Assembly (NCBI RefSeq): GCF_009914755.1
Contig: NC_060945.1
Length of the DNA stretch: 64,000 nt
From: the human T2T-CHM13v2.0 reference genome, Homo sapiens
Direction: 5' to 3' (one strand)
Shown: piece after piece, positions 24,393 to 36,659 of the stretch
Position numbering within the stretch: position 1 is the first letter of the stretch
Layout of the letters: each line of letters begins with the position of its first letter
The notes under the pieces: model-generated
What the model saw: only the letters and a program-made list of their open reading frames with translations
Told to the model about the DNA's origin: nothing
Databases searched by the model: none
Made by a program: the position numbers and the translations under genes

Positions 24393-24729
24393 GTCAGACA
24401 CCACCCCAGACAAGTCTGGTTTCACAGGGAGGGCCGGGCCACCCTGCACTCACCGGTTGGATCAGAAAGTCAACAGCAGGACTCCAGGTTCGTTGGAATT
24501 TGGCCATCAGCGATGCTTCCAAATTTGGAGCCTGGCACAAGCGCAGAGACACATCTGTCTCCGCATCTCACTCATCTCCTGCCATTCCAATTCTCCCCAC
24601 GTCCACCAAGGTGGCCGCCGCCATTGTGGCCACTTCCCAGTTTCTGGCTGGATCTGCCCAGGTCGGGCCCCCAGCTGGCTGCAAATGCTGATGGAGAAAT
24701 CGAGGGCCTTGCACAGGGACACGCCTCGA

Positions 24730-24990
24730 GTGGTGAGGAAAGGCCCAATGTGGGATGTGTTTTGAAGGCACAGTCAACAGAGCTAGCTGATGGGTTGGAT
24801 GCGGGTGGGAGGGGACCCCCAACTCCGTGGAGATCCCGGGCTTGTGGCCTGAGTGGCCGGGTGGGCTCCAGTCCTCCTGACTGAAGTTGAGCCAACCAAG
24901 GGGGAAGAGGTGCAGGGGGTGGACCCATGAATTAAGAGCCGGCCACTAAGTCGAGGTGCCCATTGACACCCACATGGGGATTCCCTGCAG
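24730..24990 (-). mobile_element. L2 LINE fragment
   Basis: gttttgaaggcacagtcaacagagctagctgatgggttggatgcggg...ggcttgtggcctgag...tcgaggtgcc. Confidence 0.6.
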
Positions 24991-25103
24991 ACTTGGGATA
25001 CATTTTATTACAAGTCCAATATTATATGAACATTCATTGCTTTTACAGTAAGAAAAAAAGCCAAACCTTCTAGCCATGATTTTTTATAAAGAAACAAATT
25101 CTT

Positions 25104-25334
25104 GGCCGGGTGCCGTGGTTCATGCCTGGAATCCCAGCACTTAGGGAGGCCAACACGGGCAGGTCACCTGAGGTTAGGAGTTCGAGACCAGCCTGGCCAA
25201 CATGATGAAACCCTGTCTTTATTAAAAATACAAAAAGTAGCTGGGCGTGGTGATGCACACCTGTAGTCCCAGCTACTCAGGAGCCTGAGGCAGGAGAATC
25301 ACTTGAACCTGGGAGGTGGAGGTTGCAGTGAGCC
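25104..25334 (+). mobile_element. Alu (AluS), 3'-truncated, no poly(A)
   Basis: Intact 5' GGCCGGG; stops at gaggttgcagtgagcc. Confidence 0.92.
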
Positions 25335-26038
25335 TGGAGGGAGGCAGGGCCAGGAGAGAGACCAGGGGGTGCTCACTGAGGCTGTAGCCAGGGACACCAC
25401 TTCTCCCAGGGTGGAAGGTGGGGTGTGGGGTTTGCCCTGGCCTGGGAGTGATCAAGCCTGGGAGAACCTCAAACGTCCCCACTGGCCATCCTCGTGTGTG
25501 GGCGTGATCTGTCATATTATCCCAGAGGTCCCAGCAAGCCTCCTGGCCCTGCTGCTCCCTCTTGGTCCCAGACCCCGACAGTGGGACTCCCAGGTGTGAC
25601 TGCTGTTGAGTTTGCCTTCATCAGCACTGGGGTTGATCCCCCCGGAAATGGGGGAGTCCCACGTGCACAGAGAATCCCAGCAAGGACCTGGCAGGAAGGG
25701 ATGGACCCTGCGGGGAGCCAGGGAGGGCTGGGGGGTGCCAAGTGGGCAATGATGACTCGGGACTGGGTAGGGATGGAGGCCATGGGGGAACTGAGCTGGG
25801 TTCTGAGCAGGTGAGGCCAGGAGCCAAGACCCAGGAGTCTTCATGAGTCCCGCCCCCTTTTCTATAAGGTGCAGGGTGTGGGGGACGTTGCTGTGAGACA
25901 CAAGCAGCCATACCCCAGGAACAGGGGCCCGGGAGCTGGCCCTGCTCCCTGGATGTTCACTGTGGACTCTGTCAGGGTCGATGATGGAGCTGAGAGCTGG
26001 GGACAGAAACCCCTGTCCCCAGAAGCGAGATCACCGCA

Positions 26039-26396
26039 TGTCTCAGTCCGTTCCCGCTGCTGTAATGATGTACCATAGACTGGTGGCTTCTAAGCATGGA
26101 CATTTATTTTTCACAGCCTTGCAGGCTGCAAGGCTGAGCTCAGGGCACCAGCAGGGTCGGATTCCCGTGAGCGCCTGCGGCTGGGTTACAGACAACATCC
26201 TTCGTCTGTGTCCCTGCGTGTGGAAGGACTGAGGGAGCTCTGTGTGGCCTTTATCAGGGCGTGAATCCCACGAACACGGCTCCACCCTGAGGATCTCCCC
26301 ACCTCCTCAAGGCCCCATGGCCTCCCAATGCCATCATGATGCGGTGAGGATTTCAACAGATGAGTTTCTGGGGGCACCAACATTCAGATCATAGCG
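26039..26396 (-). mobile_element. MaLR LTR (MLT1A-like)
   Basis: tgtctcagtccgttcccgctgctgtaa...taccatagactggtggctt...atttcaacagatgagtttctggggg...cattcagatcatagc. Confidence 0.75.
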
Positions 26397-26919
26397 GCCG
26401 GCAGGTGCCACAGCCCCCACCCCGGCCGCTGGCAACCCAGGCTTCCCTGATCTCCTGGGTACCAGTAGCCCCTAAGTAGCCAGGCTGGAGGGGGCAGCCA
26501 GGAAGGTGGTGGTGGCCCCAGGAGGCAGGCTGTAGGGACAGAGACCAATGCCACCCATGACAAATGCCACCAGGGCCTGGGGGCTCACGCTCACCCTGAC
26601 AGCCTCGAAAAGCACCCTTCACCAACGGTGCTCCGAGGGTTCACAGTAGCTCAGGGTATTGGAGAACTTCCTGAGGGCCGGCTCTGGAGGAGCTGTCATT
26701 CTCCCATGTGGGCCTGGAGTGCCTGTGTGGCAGGAACAGACCCTGGAGATGCCACAGTCAGGCTCAGCTCTGTTATCTGGAGAGCTTCCTCCCTGGTTTC
26801 TGGCCCCTCTCACCTCGGCATGCTTGCCTAGCGCTGTTTTGTTTACAGCTGTCTTTTGCCCAGGGGAAAACCCAACGCCAGCAGACGCCTCCTCTCTCCT
26901 TAGATGAGAAGAAAGCCCT

Positions 26920-27318
26920 GGTGGAATGGGACCTGCTGACCTGCCCTGCATGCGGCGTTTTGCGGTAGATGCTGGAAAGCCGGGTGGAAGGGAATGGGAC
27001 CTGCTCACCTGCCCTGCATGTGGTGTTTTGTGGCAGATACTGGAAAGCCGGGTGGAAGGGGATGGGACCTGCTGACCTGCCCTGCATGCGGCGTTTTGTG
27101 GTAGATGCTGGAAAGCCAGGTGGAAGGGAATCGGACTTTGCTCTGTGCACGGTGTTTTGTGGTAGATACTGGAAAGCCAGGTCAAAGGGGATTGGACCTG
27201 CTGACCTGCCCTGCATGCGGCGTTTTGTGGTAGATGCTGGAAAACAGGGTGGAAGGGGTTGGGACCTGCTGACCTGCTCTGCATGTGGCATTTCGTAGTA
27301 GATGCTGGAAAGCCGGGT
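26920..27318. repeat. Minisatellite, ~6 x 68 bp (one 61-bp variant)
   Basis: Unit gggtggaagggaatgggacctgctgacctgccctgcatgcggcgttttgtggtagatgctggaaagcc; starts at 26982, 27050, 27118, 27179, 27247. Confidence 0.92.
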
Positions 27319-28676
27319 CTCGCCCCGTCCTTCCCCTTTGCACACCCTCCCGGGCTCCCCTCCCCTCCCCAGGTTGGAAATGCAAGGAGAAGGAAATGAA
27401 AGACTAGGGGAGTGGGTTTCCTTTTTGTGCCTCTGGTCTTTCCAGGGTTTTCTCCAGTTTGGGGAATTGCAAGCCCGTGACAGCTCAATGCACCACAGAC
27501 CCCAAGGGCCGTGGTCTGTGCCAGAGAGCACAGCGAACCGTGGCCCGGCCAGTGTGGCCTGTGTAAGTTGGACTCTGGTCTGGGGGACTGCCCAGGCAGG
27601 GCTGGGGGTAAAAGTCCACTCAGAGTCTCTGCATGTGGCTGGAGTTTAGCAGCTGGCTGGGGTGAGCCGCTGCTTGCGGAGTTTCCTGAAGAGCCTGGGC
27701 TGCTGATGCTGGGACACTCTCAGCTCCTGGTTCCTCAGGGCTCCAGTCCCACAGATCCATCCACTGCAGGGCCCAGGGCCCAGTGAGCCTTTGGGACTGC
27801 CCTCCCTCCATCCTGTGTGAGAAGAGGGTTAGATGGGCGGCCTTGTGGGGGCAACGGGACACTGGCCAGCTTCTTCCTTACAAAGCAAGGGTCTTTCTGA
27901 GACTCTCCCTCCTAGGTGGGGAAGCGGCATGATGAGAAGGTGAGGTACGCTTCCAAGGGGGTCCCCTCTCCCCCCACCTCCCCACTCCCTGCCTGGGCTG
28001 TCAGGCACATGTGCAGGAAAAGTAGGAAGCAGCCAGGCCAGGCGCTCTGTGAGCAGCCTGATTCCTCACCCAGGCCCTGCAGCAGTGATGGTTTCAGGCA
28101 CCAGCAAAGGGAGGGGTGATGCTGGAGCTCTGGGAGCAAAGTGGGTGGGGGAAGCTCTGGACATCGGGATGTGCCCGGGACATCCAGGCACCAGGAGATG
28201 GGCAAGGCAAGAAAGGCAGCCCTTCCACACAGTCCTGCCAGTTCCACACTCGAGGTAGGCACAGCAGAGGTGCTCATCCCTCCACCCCGAGCTGAGCCCT
28301 TCAGTAATGTCCAGGAAGCTATGGCAGTGGGTCAGACGATTGTGGGGTCCCATCGCCTGGGAAGCAGGAAGCTGCCCTCCTCCCTCCATCTGCTCTGCTT
28401 GGTGGAGGCTCCTTTCCTACAATTCTCCATGCCTCATGTGCCAAAGGAAACAAACCTGACTTTGTGGGGGCGCCTATGGGAGCCTGGAGCGCTTGCCAGA
28501 GCAGCTGGGAGCTCGGTGTTTTTGCTGCAAATGGAAGCAGTTCATAGAGGCCCAGAGTGTGAAGGGGAAGCATGCACATGATCTCCTGACTAGCAAGCAA
28601 GTGGCTTCCCTTCCCTCGGGGACCCACACACAGACAAGCCGGGGAGGAGGTGCCCTGACCACGTACACATGCCCAA

Positions 28677-29415
28677 GGGAGGAGGTGTCCCCACCACAGA
28701 CACCAGGTGAGGGGGTGTCCCCACCACAGACACCAGGTGAGGGGGTGTCCCCACTAGAGAGACAGCAGGTGAGGGTGTGTCCCCACCACAGACATCAGGT
28801 GAGGGGGTGTCCCCACCACAGACACCAGGTGAGGGGGTGTCCCCACCACAGACACCAGGTGAGGGGGTGTCCCCACCAGAGAGACAGCAGGTGAGGGGGT
28901 GTCCCCACCACAGAGACACCAGGTGAGGGTGTGTCCCCACCAGAGAGACAGCAGGTGAGGGGGTGTCCCCAGCACACAGACACCAGGTGAGGGGTGTCCC
29001 CAGCACAGAGACAGCAGGTGAGGGGGTGTCCCCACCACAGAGACATCAGATGAGGGGGTGTCCCCACCACAGAGACAGCAGGTGAGTGGGTGTCCCCACC
29101 ACAGAGACAGCAGGTGAGGGGGTGTCCCCACCATAGAGACAGCAGGTGAGGGGTGTCCCCAGCACAGAGACAGCAGGTGAGGAGGTGTCCCCACCACAGA
29201 GACAGCAGGTGAGGGGTGTCCCCAGCACAGAGACAGCAGGTGAGGAGGTGTCCCCAGCACAGTGACAGCAGGTGAGGGGTGTCCCCAGCACAGAGACAGC
29301 AGGTGAGGAGGTGTCCCCACTACAGACACCAGGTGAGGGTGTGTCCCCAGCACAGAGACGGCAAATGAGGAGGTGTCTCCACCACAGAGATGGCAGGTGA
29401 GGAGGCGTCTCCACA
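28677..29415. repeat. VNTR, ~23 x 30-32 bp
   Basis: Unit caggtgagggggtgtccccaccacaga(ga)ca(c/g). Confidence 0.96.
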
Positions 29416-31551
29416 CAAATCCTGATGGGTGCCCATGCCAGGAAATACTCTTTGGTAGGTTAGGGGCTCTGCACTGGTGTGGCCGAATTTGCGGAGGTGA
29501 TTTCTCTGAGTTGACTTAATTTCTGACCTCCTTGGTCAACTTTCATTCACAGTCCATGTATTCCCAAGAGCTGGCGGGAGACCGTGGGGCTGTTTGGAGA
29601 GGAATATGTCTACTGGGTTTGTGCCTGGCCTGTCATCCTGCCTTGATGAGGGCAGGTTCCTGAAAGTCCCCTCCAAATCACAGGCATGACATTTGTCAAG
29701 AAGGAAGCAGTGAAGCTTTGGGAAGAGTAAGCTCAGGGCAGAATTCATGCCAGGTAGAGACAGCCTCAAAGGAGACAACTCGGCCAGCAAGGGAACCACC
29801 AGATGGCTCGTGGGGGAGGCCTGTCTGGGGAAGCCCAGTGGTGCGGGCATCGCTGGGGGTCCTCGTGACACAGCTGGGCCCTCCGCACACAATCACACAC
29901 CCGGTGCATGGGCAGAGCATGGATTTCTCTGCCTGGCTCCGGGGATATTTCACTGTGGAACTGACAGTTCCTGCCCCGTCCCATTCTCTGCAGTGGGAGG
30001 ATCGCTGGAGCCGAGGTTGTGGGGCACTCTCCTGCTCCTGCCATGAAAAATCAGCCGCCTCGGCTGTGTCCTCCCCACCCTCCCAGGGCCCCGCGGTCCT
30101 TTGTGACGAAAACAAGCCCTGTAGGATGAGGTCTGGCTGGGCTTCTTGGAGGTGACCCATCCCATTTTTTTTTAGTCCCCTAAAAAAAATAAGTCCAAAA
30201 CAGTGTTTCGGAAATGGTGGAATGCAATGTTTATAGTTAACGAATCAACGTTTAGCTCATAAAAATTCAAAGCGGCCTAATTGTGCTACTCAAAACAGAA
30301 TTATAGGATTGATTACAAATGTGACTTTGTGGTTCATGAGGCTAATGGGCCAAGTAGAAAGCCGTCAGGGGCCTCTTGTCTTTGTCCAGTCAGTGGCACC
30401 CAGAGACGGTGTGTGCCTTCGGTCCCGGGTGAAGGCGAGCCTGGCTCTTGTGCAAGCTCCGGCCACTCCCCGGCAGGCCCTGGGTCTTGCCTTTGTCTTC
30501 TCAGGGCCCACCAAGTAGCCCGAAGTCCTTAGCTTAGAACTCAAGCCTCTGTGATCCCGCCCAGGTGAGCTGGCCGGGGTGTTTCCTGTCCCTCCCCACC
30601 GGATCCTCTCGTGTGGCCCTGGTGGTGTGTTCAGCTCCCCGAGGGGCCACCATCCAGCCCACTGTCACAGCCAGTCTGCTCTGTGGGGACCTGAAGAGTC
30701 TGCCCCCGTCCCTAGCAGGTCCAGTCAGCAGCAGGACGAGGCTTCACCCAGTGGGAGCCGACGTGGGGCATCCACCTGTCTGCCCGTATTCCCAGGAGCA
30801 CCCCCAAGGCCTCCCCACCTGTGGCTGCAGACTTTGCAACGGGAGCTCCGCCTCTTCTCTCCGCAAGGGAGGGAGAGTCTTCTGCCTCAGTGTGAACACC
30901 ATTCATAGGGAAGCGTTCCCTGTCCATGAATGAGGAGAGAGTGTTATGTAACATATGCAAAAATAGGCTTACGCTCAAGTGTGTTCCAAGGGTAGGAGGA
31001 GAGCTCTTTATTTAAGCTCCTCATGAAGTGGTTTGGCTTCTGTCAAATGGAATCCTGGGCGACACTGAGCAGAATGTGTTCTGCTCGCGGAGGACAGAGG
31101 TTAATTGAGTGAATTGGTGAGGAGGCTGCTGGGCGGTGCTGGGCGGTGCTGGGCGATGAACATTGGTTCTCACAGTGCGCTCGCTCCCCTCCAGCCCCCG
31201 CTACATTAAGACTTGTTCTTTGCTTAAGTGCGGTGTTTGATGCTGTCTGTCTATCCATCTGGATATCTGCCCACGTACCCATCCATCCGCACACTCCTCT
31301 GGGGGTACAGGGCAGGAAGGTGGGGGTGAACAGCCTGATACGGAGAGGGGGTGGGGTGGGAAGTGACCCACTTCAGGCCAGGCACAAAGACGGGGCCAGC
31401 AGGACGGGTGTGCCAGGCTCCGGCCTCCCCTTTGGTGCTCTCAGGTGACTGAAGCTCCCTGCCACCTGCCCGTCTCATGGCCCCGCCCATTTTAGCTCAT
31501 CAAACGCTGGCCATGAGTCAAGGCAGGCTCCCTAACCTCTCCCACGGCTAC

Positions 31552-31750
31552 CACTGAGTCCCCACAGACCCCAGGAGGAAGGAACTGCGATGATCCCCAT
31601 GTTACAGAAGGGGAAGCCGAGGCACTGAGTCCCCACAGACCCCAGGAGGAAGGAACTGTGATGATCCCCATGTTACAGAAGGGGAAGCCGAGGCACAGCA
31701 GATTGAGCATGTCACCCACGTCACACCAAGTTGGGATTTGAGCCTTAGCA
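31552..31750 (-). mobile_element. MIR fragment carrying a 71-bp tandem duplication
   Basis: atccccatgttacagaaggggaagccgaggcac appears twice; copies start at 31552 and 31623. Confidence 0.75.
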
Positions 31751-32121
31751 GCCGGCCCCAGAGCCTGGCCCTGCTCGTGTCGGGGAATGGCGAGCTCCCC
31801 CACCCAGGAAAGCAGCGTGTTTGTGGGAGGCAACTTTGGCGTGGGCTCAGGAGGCGGGAGGCAACTTTGGTGTGGGCTCAGGAGGTCCGGGCTCCAGGCC
31901 TGGCTGAGACACCATTTCAGCCACGTGACTGAAAAGGAACAGTCCCCCTACCGTCCCCTCCACCTTGGTGCTCTCTCTCCGTTTGGCTCTGTCTGTGGGA
32001 GTTTTGTTTAACCCGCATGGCAGGCACACAGGGAGAGAGGGGAACTGGCCATCTGCGGGCCCTCGCAGCTGGTGTGGCAGAGGCAGGCAGCGAAGACGCT
32101 CTGTGTCCGTGCAGTGAACCC

Positions 32122-32465
32122 GCTGGGTCCGTTCTGGCGGCCATCACACGTGCTCATAGGCTGGGGGCTCATAAGCAACAGAAACCTGTTTCTCACTGTT
32201 CTGGTTCACTGTTGTGGAGCTGGACACCCGCGGTCAAGGCGCCCCCAGATTCAGTGTCTGTCTGCTTTCTGGTTCATCGATGGCACCTTCTGGCTGTATC
32301 CACGTGCGGCAGAAGGAGCAAAGGAACTCTCTGGGGTCCCTTTCATAAGGGCGCTAATCCCATTCGCAAGGGCTCCACCTCCCCAGAGCCCCACCTCCTC
32401 ACGCCAGCACACTGGGGGAGAGACTTCAATATCTGAATTTAGCGGGATACACTGAGACCACAGCA
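32122..32465 (-). mobile_element. MaLR LTR (MLT1A-like)
   Basis: cataggctgggggctcataagcaacagaaa...ctctctggggtccctttcataagggcgctaatcccattc...gaccacagca. Confidence 0.75.
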
Positions 32466-32544
32466 AAACCCCAGAGACCCAGGCTCTGCCCTCCCAGTAC
32501 TTCCTGACAGCGGCTGCAGTGTGTGCTGCACTGGACCGCCCGAG

Positions 32545-32775
32545 GGCCGGAGGGGAGGCAGAGCTCAGGGAAGGGGCGGGCACCATCTAACACAGGAGGG
32601 GTAGGGGGGCCTCCCTGATGGCACGCCATTGCACAGACCCCAGGAAAGTAAGGAGGCAGTGCCTGGAGAAAGAGCTGTCCAGGCAGCAGGAACGGCACGT
32701 GCCAAGGCCCCGGGGCAGCAGCAGGCTTGGGCGCTCCAGAAGGGGCAGGCCAGTGAGGCTGGAGGGGAGGGGAGG
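32545..32775 (-). mobile_element. L2 fragment
   Basis: tccaggcagcaggaacggcacgtgccaaggccccggggcag...ggccagtgaggctggag. Confidence 0.55.
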
Positions 32776-32779
32776 AAGT

Positions 32780-34098
32780 GTCGAGGGCAGGTGGAGGGGA
32801 GGGGAGGTGGAAGGGAGGTAGAGGGGAGGGGAGGGGAGGTGGAGGTGGAGGGGAGGTGGAGGTAGAGGGGAGGGGAGGTGGAGGTGAGGTGAGGTGGAGG
32901 TGGAGGGGAAGTGGAAGGGAGGTAGAGAGGAGGGGAGGGGAGGTAGAGGGGTGGGAAAGGGAAGTGGAGGGGAGGAGGAGGTGGAGGGGAGGTGGAGGTG
33001 GAGGGGAGGTGGAGGGGGAGGGGGAGGGGGGGAGGGGAGGTGGAGGGGAGTTGGAGGGGAGGTGGAGGTGGAGGGGAGGTGGAGGGGGAGGGGGAAGGGA
33101 GGGGAGGTGGAGGTAGAGGGAAGGGGAGGTGGAGGGGAGGTGGAGGTGGAGGGGAGGGGAGGTGGAGGTGGAGGGGAGATGGAGGGGGAGGGGAGGTAGA
33201 GGGGGAGGGGAGGGGAGGTGGAGGGGAGTTGGAGGGGAGGTGGAGGTAGAGGGGGAAGGGAGGGGAGGTGGAGGGGAGTTGGAGGGGAGGTGGAGGTGGA
33301 GGGGGAAGGGAGGGGAGGTGGAGGAAGAGGGAAGGGGAGGTGGAGGTGGAGGGGAAGTGGAGGTGGAGGGGATGGGGAGGGGGAGGGGAGGGGAGGTGGA
33401 GGGGCAGGGGAGGTGGAGGGGCAGTGGAGGTGGAGGGGACGGGGAAGGTGGAGGTAGAGGGGAGGGGAGGGGAGGTGGAGGTGGAGGGGATGGGGAGGTG
33501 GAGGGGAGGGGAGGTGGAGGGGAGGTGGAGATGGAGGTAGAGGGGAGGTGGAGGTGGGGGGGAGGGGAGGTGGAGGGGAGGTGGAGGTGGAGGGGAGGTG
33601 GAGGTGTAGGGGGAAGGGAGGGGAGGTGGAGGTAGAGGGAATGGGAGGGGAGGTGGAGGGGAGGGGAGGTGGAGGTGGAGGGGAGGGGAGGTGGAGGTGG
33701 AGGTGGAGGTAGAGGGAATGGGAGGGGAGGTGGAGGGGAGGGGAGGTGGAGGTAGAGGGGAGGTGGAGGGGAGGTGGAGGTGGAGGGGAGGGGAGGTGGA
33801 GGTGGAGGTGGAGGTAGAGGGGAGGTAGAGGTAGGGGGAGGGGAGGGGAGGTGGAGGTAGAGGGGAGGTGGAGGTGGAGGGGAGGGGAGGTGGAGGGGAG
33901 GGAAGGTGGAGGGGAGGGGAGGTGGAGGTAGAGGGGAGGTGGAGGTAGAGGGGAGGTGGAGGTAGAGGGGACGGGAGGGGAGGTGGAGGGGAGCGGAGGG
34001 GAGGTGGAGGTAGAGGGGAGGTGGAGGTAGGGGGAGGGGAGGGGAGGTGGGGGCAGAGGGGAGGTGGAGGTAGGGGGAGGGGAGGGGAGGGGAGGTGG
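32780..34098. repeat. ~1.3 kb G-rich low-complexity tract, (GGAGGT/GGAGG/GGGGA)n
   Basis: Directly visible; dense G3-G7 runs on the + strand, almost no C. Confidence 0.97.
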
Positions 34099-34139
34099 TC
34101 ATAGAAGGCTGTGGCAGGGGTTGCTTCATTGCTTGCAAA

Positions 34140-34346
34140 AAGGTCACACCACTGCATAACCCCACCAACAGAAAGCAGGTCAGCGGTTGCCTGTGGCAGG
34201 TAGGAGGAGATTTTGAGGGTGGGGGAAAGGCCCCGAATCCTGCCTGTGGCAGTGGTCTCGTGGTGTAGACATCTGTCAAACTCACCGATCTGGATGGTTT
34301 AAATGAGTGCAGCTTATTGTGCACAAGCGATTCCTCCATTGAAAAA
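34140..34346 (+). mobile_element. Old L1M 3'-end fragment
   Basis: agaaagcaggtcagcggttgcctg...acatctgtcaaactcaccga...ttaaatgagtgcagcttattgtg...cctccattgaaaaa. Confidence 0.6.
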
Positions 34347-36379
34347 CCACAGGAGAAAAGAGCTCCTCAAGGCCTCCAAGCCGTGGGTAGCAAAATGGAA
34401 ACCAGCCCTGGTTTTGGGGAAACACGATGATGATGCCGCAGTGGGTCATCCGAGGTCTGTCCCGGGGGACATCTCCACAGTGCAGGTCTGGGAGAGTAAA
34501 CATCACTGCACACCCAGGACAGGAGGTGGCCGCTCACCCCATCTGCATCTATAGGCGTGCGCTGTGGCGGCAGGGTGAGTGGGGACCCCCGGGGGATGGG
34601 CTGCCTCGCCTGGGCTTGTGCTTTGACTCAGGGATGGTGCCGGGGCTGTGGTGCTGGGAGAAGGGGTTTGAGAACCTGAAGCCTGCACTTCAGTGGAAAT
34701 CAAGCCCCTGGGGCTGGAATAGGCCCCCTCCTCCCGATGTTCATCCTGGAGGGTGTAGAGATGAAAAAGAGCGTGATGATTCTGGGGTTCCCTGGGCTAG
34801 GGGAGCTTCCAGGTGGAAACTGAGGCACTTGCCTCAGCGTCTGGCAAAGTGAGAGTGGGGCATCAGGAGGGGCCTCTGCCAGCCCAGAAGGACTTTGTAG
34901 CCACCCAGTGTCCCCCAGGGCCCGAGGGCTGCCTTGCAGCAGCCTTGGCTGCCAGCCTCTGCTGTTGGTGAGGACCCAGCTCCCCACTCCTGGACTCCCC
35001 CACTTGGCATGGGGTGCATCCTGGGACTTCTGCAGCTCCGGCCGCTCCCTGCAGCGGGGGCTGATAAGCTCCTCCTCTCCCCACCACACCCCCTCTGCTC
35101 TCAGCCTCCCCATCACCTCCCCATCACAGCCCAGCCCCCGGCCTCAGTTCCCCGCAACACCATGTTCAGCAATCTCCCTGGGTGACTTTGCACCCAGAGG
35201 GACCCCCTCTCACTCCCCAAACCTGACTGTTCTCCAGCCCTGGAACCACAGGCCTCCAGAGGGCTCTCCTGGCCCCATACCTATCAGCCAGCTCCCCCGC
35301 CTACCCCGTCATGCCTCTGCCCTTCCCCACTGGCCTGCAGCCGGGTTCCCAGCCTCAGACTCTCGGCACCTCTGACCTACTTGAACCTGGCCCTTGCCCC
35401 AGCCACAGCAGGCACTGCTCGTTCCCCTCTGCTTACCCCCACCTGTCTGGACCCAGCTCCCCCTTCAGGCCTGTGGACCCAGCAGGAGCAGAGAATGGGT
35501 CATGTGTGGGTTTCCAGGTGGGCAGAGGCGGGCACAGGCAAGGACGCCTGCAGGAGGTATCCAGGGACTTAGCAAACGAGCGGAGTAGAGAGGTGGGGGC
35601 AGCAGGCAGGGTGAGGAGAGGGTCCAGGAGGGGGTCCAGGAGGGGGCCAGTCTCCGGCTACAGGGACAGAATGGCCAGGCCTCAGGCCACAACGCCCTGA
35701 TTAGTGAAGCCTTGCCTTGTGGCCGAGTGAGACAGGGGCGCATTATAGGAGGCAGGCCACAGCCTCCTGGTCCTGGGCCCCGTGGGTCGGTGGGAACCAG
35801 CCCCTTGAGCACCTGCTGTGGGCAGACCCTGGAGGTGCGAGGGCACGTGCATCAGTCAGCCTCAGATGACTTTGCCCAATCAGGACAGCACCCATTCCAC
35901 GGAAAAGGAAACTGAGGCTCCAAAAAGCAGTCTGGCTCAGGCGTGACGCAGTGGCTGAGGCTGAGTCCAGGGCCAGATGTTCTCTACTGTGTATTCTCAG
36001 GAGGATGTGGGGGTCAGACGATGCAGGGACATCTGGAACTGCACCAGCACAGAACCGACACGTTGTTAGTCATCGTCACTCGGCAGGGCTGAAGACCACC
36101 AGAACTCATGACAGGCAGACGTGCCTGGCCCAGTTGAGGATGTAGCCTCAGAGCCAAGCGCCAGTCCTGTTGGCCACGTGGGCTGGGGGCAGGATAGACC
36201 AGGTCAGCATTCACAAGGTGCAAGAAGAGTGGGAGCTGTTCATCTGGGTTTAGGAGCTGTCAGAAGGAGGCTAGTTTCTTACCACCAGAGCTGCACTGAG
36301 CTCGCAGGACAGTGGATCTCAGCCTTGGCTGATGGAGTCAGCCAGTTCTGATTATCTGTCTGGGGGTGTCAAGGCTCCA

Positions 36380-36525
36380 GAGTCCAACTGCACAGCTCCC
36401 CACCACTTGCGGCCAGTGGTTGTGGCAGCATCTCCGAGTCTGTGTCTGCAACTCTCATCCCTGTGTTGAGCTGACCACAGTGTTTGGCATGGTGCCTGGC
36501 ACATGGTAAGTGCTCAAAGAATCTT
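36380..36525 (+). mobile_element. MIR/L2-tail fragment
   Basis: catggtgcctggcacatggtaagtgctcaaagaat. Confidence 0.45.
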
Positions 36526-36659
36526 AGGCCTCAGAACTGTGACTGCCTTTGGATGGCAGATCTAGAAAAGAGGCCGTACGTTCTTCCAGTTCCCCTGACA
36601 GGTTTACATCATGGCTGCACCTAATGATCATTGGGACTCACCTATCATGTCCCATCTTA

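Noticed and set aside
28677-29415. CRISPR-like array of ~30-bp repeats
   Set aside because: Units are contiguous with no unique spacers, there are no cas genes, and the context is primate
30166-30189. T8AG-tccc-CTA8 hairpin resembling a terminator
   Set aside because: The arms are mononucleotide runs, so it is likely chance, and intrinsic terminators do not apply here
32426-34339. 637/530-aa Pro-rich ORFs and overlapping Gly/Arg-rich ORFs
   Set aside because: Translations of the G-rich low-complexity tract
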